DNA of 64,000 bases, taken from the NCBI GenBank assembly GCA_963841705.1, contig CAWJDY010000043.1, positions 41,163 through 105,162 of the forward strand, given 5' to 3'. Made by a program: the position numbers and the translations under genes. The stretch comes from an uncultured Alphaproteobacteria bacterium (GTDB lineage Bacteria; Pseudomonadota; Alphaproteobacteria; Rhizobiales; Xanthobacteraceae). The notes below the pieces were generated by a model. The model was not told where the DNA came from and searched no databases. It saw only the letters and a program-made list of their open reading frames with translations. Position 1 is the stretch's first letter; every line of letters begins with the position of its first letter. This document shows positions 34,113 to 41,390 of the stretch, piece after piece.

Positions 34113-34190
34113 TGGTGCGCCAGGCGAGATTCGAACTCGCACTGCTCTCGTTCTGAGCGAGATGCCTCCTGCCAATTGGGCTACCGGCGC
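34113..34190 (-). tRNA. class-I tRNA with Leu anticodon CAG (identity uncertain)
   Basis: 78 nt. Acceptor GCGCCGG/CUGGCGC, A73, CCA. D region UAGCCCAAUUGGCAGGAGGC. Anticodon arm UCUCG-CUCAGAA-CGAGA. 5-nt variable loop. T arm GCGAG-UUCGAAU-CUCGC. Confidence 0.75.
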
Positions 34191-34279
34191 ATGCTGCTCT
34201 CTCGGATGAGCAGAGCATGATCCCGAAAAGTTGCAAGCTTTTGGACACGATCATGCGACCGAACAAGGTCAGAGCGAAT
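34191..34279 (-). other. structured spacer with anticodon-loop-like hairpin (not a cloverleaf)
   Basis: 89 nt between two tRNAs. Long hairpin GCAUGAUC..GAUCAUGC capped by AAAAG-CUUGCAA-CUUUU (UGC in a 7-nt loop with U33/A37). Second hairpin AUGCU(CU)GCUC-AUCCGAGA-GAGCAGCAU. No acceptor stem or CCA. Confidence 0.2.
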
Positions 34280-34353
34280 TGGAGCCCTCACCTGGACTTG
34301 AACCAGGCTCCCCGCCTTACAAGAACGGAGCATCACCGCAATGCTTTGAGGGC
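34280..34353 (-). tRNA. tRNA-Thr(UGU)
   Basis: 74 nt. Acceptor GCCCUCA/UGAGGGC, U73, CCA. D arm GCAU-UGCGGUG-AUGC. Anticodon arm CCGUU-CUUGUAA-GGCGG. T arm CCUGG-UUCAAGU-CCAGG. Confidence 0.9.
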
Positions 34354-34374
34354 GCAATACCTTCAGGATCATGT

Positions 34375-34446
34375 TGCTGGCAGCAGGGATCAAACCTCCC
34401 GACGCCACATATGAGAGTGGCGCTCTATCGCCTTAACCCTGCCAGC
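34375..34446 (-). tRNA. degenerate tRNA-Met(CAU)-like unit, first in array (possible pseudogene)
   Basis: 72 nt. Acceptor GCUGGCA/UGCCAGC, A73, no encoded CCA. Stem GCCAC/GUGGC with 8-nt loop UCUCAUAU. T arm GGAGG-UUUGAUC-CCUGC with a G-G mismatch. Poor D arm. Confidence 0.35.
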
Positions 34447-34505
34447 GCTGACATGTTCTCGCCGAAACCAGAGCCGTTGGTCGGTCCTACGGGTCGAGAG
34501 GCGCT

Positions 34506-34533
34506 CTTATGCGTAGGGAGCGCCGGCCTGCAA
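34506..34533 (-). promoter_or_regulatory. candidate sigma-70-type promoter for the tRNA array
   Basis: Minus strand TTGCAG (34533-34528), 16-nt spacer, CATAAG (34511-34506), about 60 nt upstream of the first array unit. Motif match only. Confidence 0.2.
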
Positions 34534-34541
34534 CGATTCGA

Positions 34542-34733
34542 TCATTCCGAGCCGAAAATCCGCTCGAAATCAGCGTCTGCGCGCGCAACGATCTCGCGCG
34601 CGATATCGGGATTGGCGATGGCGGTCTTGCCGAAGACGAACGAGCGCCGGCACGCGCGCCGCTGCTCCGGCGACGCAGTGGTGTCGCGGGTGCTCTCGAT
34701 CAGCTCGTCTTTGGTCTTGGTGTCGCGGACCAC
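34542..34733 (-). CDS. small hypothetical protein
   Basis: 63-aa ORF MVRDTKTKDELIESTRDTTASPEQRR...IAREIVARADADFERIFGSE. Protein-like composition; no family recognised. Confidence 0.3.
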   Translation of the reverse strand: MVRDTKTKDELIESTRDTTASPEQRRACRRSFVFGKTAIANPDIAREIVARADADFERIFGSE

Positions 34734-35067
34734 TTGGTCCTCCTGCCTGTTGGCGGAGGACTTGGGTCTCCGCCGGTTACGCTAGGGCTAAGCTTTGCCC
34801 TTGTTCGCCTGTTATCTGATGCCTGGGCATAGCCCCGCACGAACGCCGCCGATCGCTCGGCCGATCAAACGGCCGTGCGGCGGCGGTTGAGAGCGCGGTA
34901 TGTGGTCTTAACGACAACATCTCTTCCTCAGGTCCTCAGGGCGACGCAACTCGTCCTTGAACAGCGCGCTCATATAGTGAGCAGCTGCAAAAAGTCAAGT
35001 GCACGCGAGCAACATGCTCTCTCTTTCTCTAACAGGCGGTTATTCTACGCAAAGCGGGCAGAGCAAC

Positions 35068-36070
35068 TCAACGGGCTGCCTTCGCCTTCTCATAAAAGCT
35101 GAGGTCGATGTATTTCATCGGATCCTTCAGCTCCTTTTTAGGCTCGCCATACTGGCTGCGCAACGCGAGCACGGTGCGTACGCCCTTCGACGTCGATCGA
35201 AGCGTCGCGTGCGAAGCCGTCCTTCGGGTCCATCAAGATGCCATAGGACTTGTTGGCAAGGTCCTCGGCCATGTTGGGCAGGTTCTTGCGCAGGATCGCG
35301 ATCGCCTCGGCCTTGTTGGCAGGGTCGTAGAGCCAACCAACGGCTGCTCGATAGCCGCGGATGAAACCCGCGACCTGCAACTCGTTCTCCTTCGCCCATT
35401 GCCGCCGCGAACAGGCAACGACGCCCTGGTAATGCCCGAGCACGTCGACCGCATTGGCGAGCCGGTTGAAACCGCGTGCCTCCGCGGCTGCCTCGAACGG
35501 CGAAACGAGCAGGGTTGCGGCATGCTTCTTGGCGAGGAGCGCCTCGAACCGCTGTAGCACGCCGCCTGCTTTCACATACGTGACATCGTCGGGCTTGAGC
35601 CCGCCTTTCTCGAGCAGCTTCTCGAGGACAAAGGCGTAGCCGGTCGTGCGCGCATCGACCGATACCTCCTTGCCCTTGAGGTCGGCATAGGTCTTCACCT
35701 CCGGCAGGCTGACCAGCCGCAGGAAACCGTTGTCAGAACCCATAACCGCGACGAGGTCCGGCGTCTGGGTGGTCGATGCCTCGCCCTGACCTTCCATGTA
35801 GGCGATGATATTATCAATTGCGGTCATCGCGATGTCGAACTTGCCGTCGATCAAATTCGTGAGCTGGAACACCGAGTTCGGCGTGGGTGTGATCCTGACT
35901 GCCACGTTACCGCGCGCGAACAAGCCTTTCTCCTGCGCGACCCAGATCGGCCAGTTGAAACCGCCAGGGAAGACGATGACCTCTATAGGCTTGGAGGCTT
36001 GTGCCGTCGCCGGGCTGATGAGCCCAAGCGACACAAGGATGGATGTAAGTGCCGTGAGCGGGCGACCCAT
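35068..36070 (-). pseudogene. ABC transporter substrate-binding protein (NMT1/THI5-like, sulfonate/nitrate/taurine type) with apparent 1-nt frameshift near the 3' end
   Basis: The ORF 35138..36070 has a signal peptide and an SBP body. After ...DASIDVEG the family-typical C-terminus VRTVLALRSQYGEPKKELKDPMKYIDLSFYEKAKAAR continues in another frame to the stop at 35068-35070. The switch is at a GGG/CCC run at 35182-35184. Confidence 0.75.
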
Positions 36071-36074
36071 GAAT

Positions 36075-37238
36075 TTATCTCCTCGCTTCTGTTGGGGCTT
36101 GTTGCCGAGCTGCGGCGTGCGCGGCGTCGTATTGCGCCATGAGCTTTGGCGAGGCGCGGCGAAGGCGGGCCTTATCGACCCGACCGGAACGGGTGATGTA
36201 GCTCAAGGCAAAATCGAGCGGATCGAGCCGCATGTGCTCAGGGAAGCGCTCGTACCACGAGGCGCTTGCCTTCGCGGCCTTGACGAGCTTTTCGACCACC
36301 GGCTTGCGAGTCGCCTCGTACCGCTCAAGACCAGCCCTGATGTCGCCAGGCTCGGCATCGAGCGCCTTGACCACCGCGATGACGTCCTCCATGGCCAGAC
36401 GCGTACCCGACCCGATGGAGAAATGCGCGGTGCGCAGCGCATCGCCGACCAGCACCATGTTGCGGAAGCTCCAGCGCTCGTTCCAGATCCAGGGGAAGTT
36501 GCGCCAGACCGACTTGTTTGAGGCCAGAGGCTGCCCTCCCAGCGCAACGGCAAATACCTTCTCGCAAAGGGCTTTGGTCTCCTCCGGGCTTTTTTCGGCA
36601 AAGCCTGCGCGCAGCCACGTGTCGCGATCGCATTCGATGATGAACGTGCTCATCGTCGGCGAGTAGCGATAGTGATGAGCGTTGAATGTGCCGATGTCGT
36701 TTTCGACGAACGTTTGCGTCAACGTTTCGAACCTTCGTGCCGTGCCATACCAGACGAACTTGTTGTCGAGATAGCAAAGCGAAGTCTTGAAATCTCCCTC
36801 GAAGCTGCGACGAACTAGCGAGTTCACCCCGTCTGCCGCGACGATCAGATCGAACTCTTTCAGCTCGTCGAGGGATTTGATCGTGTGATTGTACCGCGGC
36901 TCGACCCCGACCGAGCAGGCCCGGCCCTGCAGCATCAGCAGGAAGTCCAAACGTCCGATCGCCGAGAATCCAACGCCGTCGATCTGGATTTCCTCGCCCT
37001 GATGGCAGAGCACGAGATCCTGCCAGGTCTCCATTCGCCTGGTGATGATCTCCTCGGTCTCCGGATCGTCGGCGCGCAGAAACTCCAGCGCGCGGTCCGA
37101 AAACACGACTCCGAAACCAAAAGTGGCATCGGCAGGGTTCTGCTCGAACACCTCGATCTGCGCCTCCGGATGCCGTCGCTTCCAAAGGTAGGCGAAGTAC
37201 AGGCCGGCGGGGCCGGCCCCGAGAACCGCGATAAGCAT
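36075..37238 (-). CDS. FAD-dependent monooxygenase (aromatic hydroxylase family)
   Basis: 387-aa ORF. GAGPAG dinucleotide fold at the N-terminus, DG motif (AADGVNS), GD motif (LVGDALRTAHFSIGSG). Confidence 0.85.
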   Translation of the reverse strand: MLIAVLGAGPAGLYFAYLWKRRHPEAQIEVFEQNPADATFGFGVVFSDRALEFLRADDPETEEIITRRMETWQDLVLCHQGEEIQIDGVGFSAIGRLDFLLMLQGRACSVGVEPRYNHTIKSLDELKEFDLIVAADGVNSLVRRSFEGDFKTSLCYLDNKFVWYGTARRFETLTQTFVENDIGTFNAHHYRYSPTMSTFIIECDRDTWLRAGFAEKSPEETKALCEKVFAVALGGQPLASNKSVWRNFPWIWNERWSFRNMVLVGDALRTAHFSIGSGTRLAMEDVIAVVKALDAEPGDIRAGLERYEATRKPVVEKLVKAAKASASWYERFPEHMRLDPLDFALSYITRSGRVDKARLRRASPKLMAQYDAAHAAARQQAPTEARR

Positions 37239-37278
37239 GTTGGGCTCCGCTACGATGACGAGCCGTGCGTTCGATCAG

Positions 37279-40200
37279 CTATTTCCCGGCTTCAAGGATG
37301 GCGATGTCCTTCTTCAGCAGATCGTTGGCGAGATCAGAGAGTGGCACGCCCTTCCTCGCCGCGAGAGCGGCAAGGTAATCTTGCACGTCGGCGTCGAGAT
37401 AAACTGGTAGATTAAGCCGGACATTCGTCCTGGTATGCGGCATGACGATCCCGGCCTCGAGCCAACCCTTGAAGCCATATGAATCGGTGAGCGAGCGAAG
37501 CCGCTCTGCGATCTCCGCCGCCGCATCGCGCTCGCCCCGCTGGTAATGAACCCAGGCCATGTACCAAAGTGTGATGGCGGTCGTCATGGGATGATCGAGC
37601 TGCTGCGCGAGAGCGTAGGCGTCGCGGACGGCGGCGAGTGCCTCGTCGGGGTAGCCCAGCAGCCAGCGATTAAGTCCGAGATGATAGCGGCAACAGGCCC
37701 CGGGATCGTGTCCGCCGTAGAGAAACATCTGTGATGCGTGCCGGTCGCGATCATAGAGAGCAATCCCACATTCAGTGTGTGTGACGGCCGCCGCCGGCTG
37801 CCCCATCGCAGTGAGCGTCGCCCACAGCGAATGATGCGCTTCGAGCAGCCGACCCGTGTCGTCGCCGGCCTGCGCGGCGCTCAGCAGCCGCTGCGCGCCC
37901 TCGTGCGCCTCCTGGTATCGTCCGCGCGTATAAGCGACGAACCACAGACCCCAGAGCACGGGAAAGCGACGCGAAGCGGCCCCCAGGCGATCAACCAACT
38001 CAAGCGCGCGATCATACGAGGCACGCACTTCCTCGGCCTCGGTGCCATGCACAGCGATGAGGGCAGGTCCCAGTGCGATGTGGACGTCGAGAATGTCTGA
38101 CAGGCTCTCCGCGGTTTCCGGCATTTCGGCTAGTATCGCCAGCGCCGTTCCGAATAACCCGACGGCCTCTCGATTCGCCGACCGAGCTACCGCCTTTTCC
38201 CCTGCCTGCCGGAGATACCGGACGGCTTTCGCGCCGAGCTTTCCCCGCGCCGCATGATGCGCGAGCACCTCGATCTCGTCGCCCAACCGGTCAGGACGCA
38301 GCCGCTCAATCGCCTCCACAACGGCAGCGTGAAGAGCGCGTCGTCGATCCTCCAGCAAGCTGCCATAGGTAACATCATGGGTAAGTGCGTGCTTGAAGGT
38401 ATATTCCAGATCAGGGAACAGCCGCGCCTCGTACAGGAACTCTGCCTCCTGAAGTTCCGAGAGGACGCGACGGAGATCGTCGCCAGTCACCTCGGCGATC
38501 GCCTCCAGGAGCACGAAGGGTACATCCTTGCCGATGACCGACGTGGCTTGGAGCAGCCGCTTGAGCTCGGGCCGCAGCCTATCAATCCGCGTCGCCAGGA
38601 TCGCCTGGACGGTCGGCGGCACCTGGATGGCTTCCGCGGCTTTCGCCAGCCGATACGCGCCCGCTTCGCCGACAAGGGCATGGGACTCCACGAGTGTGCG
38701 CACGCTTTCTTCGAGGAAGAGCGGATTGCCCTCCGGTCTCTCGATCAGCAGCGCCTTGAGCGGCTGGACCGAGGCGTCGATTCCCAAAAGCGTCTGAAGA
38801 AGCTCGGTCGCGCTCTCGGGAGGCAGGGGATCGATGCGAAGCTGTCGATAGTAGGTCTTGGCGCCCCAGTCGTGGCGGTACTCGGGGCGGTAGTTCACCG
38901 CGAGTAGGACCGGCGCTGTCGGCAGGCTTCCGACCAGGCCGTCGAGCACGGCCTGGGTCTCTGCATCGATCCAGTGCAGATCCTCGAACACGAGCAACAG
39001 AGGTTGAACCCGGCTCTCGCGCAGGAGTAAACGCTTGATGCCTTCGACCGCACGTTGGCGGCGTTGCGCCGGTTCGAGCATAAGAAACGAAGCGTCCGGC
39101 TCCAGCGCGTCCAGCAACCACGCGATCGCGGGCACCACGTCTTCCAGCGCGCGGTCGAGCGCCAGCACGGTGCCGATGGTCTTGGCACGCACGTTTCGCG
39201 CGTCATCTCGATCCTCGATGCGCAGATATGCGCGCAAGAGGTCGGTAACCGGGAGAAACGGTGTCGCCTTGCCGTAGGACACGGAGCTCGCTTCGAGGAC
39301 GAGCCAGCCGTGGGTGTGATGCGAGTGGATGAACTCGTGGAGGAGCCGGGATTTGCCGACGCCCGCCTCACCCACGATGGCGACGATCTGACCCCGACCG
39401 CGGCGCGCATTCTCAGCGGCCTGACGCACCTGCTCCAACTCTGCATCTCGTCCGACGAACTGTGTGAAGCCGCGCGCGTGCGCAGCCTGGAGCCGCGTCC
39501 GCACCGCCGCGGCACCGGTGAGCTCGAACACCTCTTTCGGTTCGGCGATCCCCTTCACCGGGATCACTCCGAGCGGCTTCACGAGGACGAAGCCCTCCGC
39601 CAGGTGGACCGTCTCCACCGTGAGGCGCGTCGCGCCTGGGGGCGCCAACTGCTCCATGCGCGCCGCGAGATGCGTCGTCTGTCCCACTGCCGAGTAGTCC
39701 ATGCGCAGGTCGCTGCCGATGGAGCGGACAACCACCTCGCCGGAGTTGATGCCCACCCGGATCTGAACCTCGATCCCATGGCTGCGGCGCACTTCCTCGG
39801 TGTATCGGCGGATCAGGTCTTGCATCCGGAGCGCCGCGTAACAGGCGCGAACGGCGTGGTCCTCATGTGCCAACGGCGCTCCGAACAGTGCCATGATGCC
39901 GTCGCCCATCACCTGATTGACCGTGCCTTCGTAGCGATGAACCGACTCCATCATGTGCGCGAGGACCGGGTCGATGATCTTTCTCGCTTCCTCGGGATCG
40001 CGGTCGGGCCAGCAATTCCATCGAGCCTTTGACGTCGGCGAACAGCACCGTTACGTGCTTGCGCTCACCTTCAAGCGCGGCCTTCGAGCTGATGATTTTC
40101 TGGGCGAGGTATTTAGGGATGTTAGCTTCAGGCACGTCGAAGCGCGGTGACGAGACAGGTGTAGGCGGCGGCGTCACCTGGCTAGCCGGATGAGCGCACT

Positions 40201-40330
40201 CCGAGCAGAACTTGGCGGTCGGGGAAAGCTGCGCTCCGCAGTTCGCGCACACGCGCGCCAGGGGTGCAGCGCACTCTTCGCAGAACTTTGCGCCGATGCG
40301 ATTTTCGTGCCCGCACTTCGAGCATTTCAT
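37279..40330 (-). pseudogene. double zinc-ribbon / class III adenylate-guanylate cyclase / AAA(STAND) ATPase / TPR protein, split by a 1-nt frameshift; C-terminal ribbon-helix-helix-like tail
   Basis: ORF 39863..40330 holds the CxxC zinc ribbons and the start of the cyclase domain (HVTVLFADVKGSMELLA). The continuation DRDPEEARKIIDPVLAHMMESVHRYEGTVNQVMGDGIMALFG is in the frame of ORF 37279..39954. The shift is at a CCC run (complement of 40006-40008). P-loop GEAGVGKS, then TPR-like repeats. Confidence 0.8.
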
Positions 40331-40633
40331 CAGGAGCCCCTGGGGCAGCGAGGGTTAGGAGCGTAGCCTTGCGTATAACGGGCAACAAGGCGTGTGTCGC
40401 TTTCTCACTTGACGCGAGGTTCAGGCAAAGGACTGCTGTGGGTCACGGATGGCCCAAAAACTGTACCCCCGTTATAGTCCGATACTCCCCCATCAAAAGA
40501 CATTGGCCGGCCTCCCCCCGCAAGCCTCTTCCGTGCCAGGAGGCGACATTCGCATCGGCATTGTGCACCAGAAAAAACGCGGGAGTTCAGGGGTCTAAAG
40601 TTGGTGCGAAAATCTTGAGTTTCGGGCATGCGC

Positions 40634-41007
40634 TCAGGAAGCGTCCTGAATGTCGAAGCGAGTGACCTTGCCATCCTGAAGGCGAAAGACGTGCATCACC
40701 GTCTTGTCCTTCAGCCCGTGCGCTTGATCCTGCAAAGGCTTGCCTTCGAGATCGCGGACGGACTGCTGGACCTCCACGACGACCGAGCTATCTGCGGTCT
40801 CGGTGAAACTCACCGGCTCGACATGCGGGCTGACAATAGTCCACTGGCGGGTCCAATACTCTCTGACGGCCTCAAGCCCATGAACATGGCCACCATCCAT
40901 GCCGTTGGCCCAAGCTACGTCGTCGGCCAGCACAGCAAGAACGCCGTCGATGTCCCGTGCATTGAAGCGGTCATAGATGCGCTTCAGAACCTCGATGTTG
41001 TCAGCCA
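40634..41007 (-). CDS. SnoaL-like / NTF2-like domain protein
   Basis: (TTG)ADNIEVLKRIYDRFNARDIDGVLAVLADDVAWANG... The longer ORF 40634..41179 reads through the tRNA-Arg gene and was trimmed. Confidence 0.7.
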
Positions 41008-41012
41008 AGTAG

Positions 41013-41089
41013 TGGCGCGCCCGAAAGGATTCGAACCTCCGACCCCCAAATTCGTAGTCTGGTGCTCTATCCAGCTGAGCTACGGGCGC
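41013..41089 (-). tRNA. tRNA-Arg(ACG), conventional chromosomal copy
   Basis: 77 nt. Acceptor GCGCCCG/CGGGCGC, G73, CCA. D arm GCUC-AGCUGGAUA-GAGC. Anticodon arm CCAGA-CUACGAA-UUUGG. T arm GGAGG-UUCGAAU-CCUUU. Confidence 0.92.
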
Positions 41090-41390
41090 GTCTTGCGCGG
41101 TGCGCGGGAGAGTCTGCCGCCGCTGATGCAGGCGGGCCGGTAACCCGCCGTAGCTATAGGCTGCCGCCTGCATTGGCAAGTTTCCAAGCAGCCGAGCGCG
41201 TAGGCAGGCGAGATGCCCGGTCCATGTTTGTGGCCACTGGGTCCCCGATCATCGCTCGCCGAGCAAGCTCCGGCTCGCTCGTCCGGGGACACGAGGCTGT
41301 CGGCTGCCGCTGCTTCAACTTCACGCGCTCATAGCACGGGCCCTCGTCCGCGCGCCGGCGCATGCATCTTTCTGCCCACCTCGCGCCCGC

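Noticed and set aside
30686-34414. ORFs predicted across the array (e.g. 31576..32166, 32548..33144, 32552..33256, 33087..33428, 34231..34785).
   Set aside because: They run through consecutive tRNA cloverleaves on either strand. The peptides are low-complexity and the same DNA is fully explained by tRNA-like units.
30515-34446. Regular 75-90-bp periodicity with short spacers could suggest a CRISPR array or tandem repeat.
   Set aside because: The units are not identical direct repeats. Each folds as a different cloverleaf with a distinct anticodon. No cas genes are present and there is no conserved repeat sequence.
40634-41179. 181-aa ORF on the minus strand covering 41013-41089.
   Set aside because: Its N-terminal third is the translation of the tRNA-Arg(ACG) gene. 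Only the SnoaL-like part downstream of the tRNA (40634-41007) is retained as CDS.
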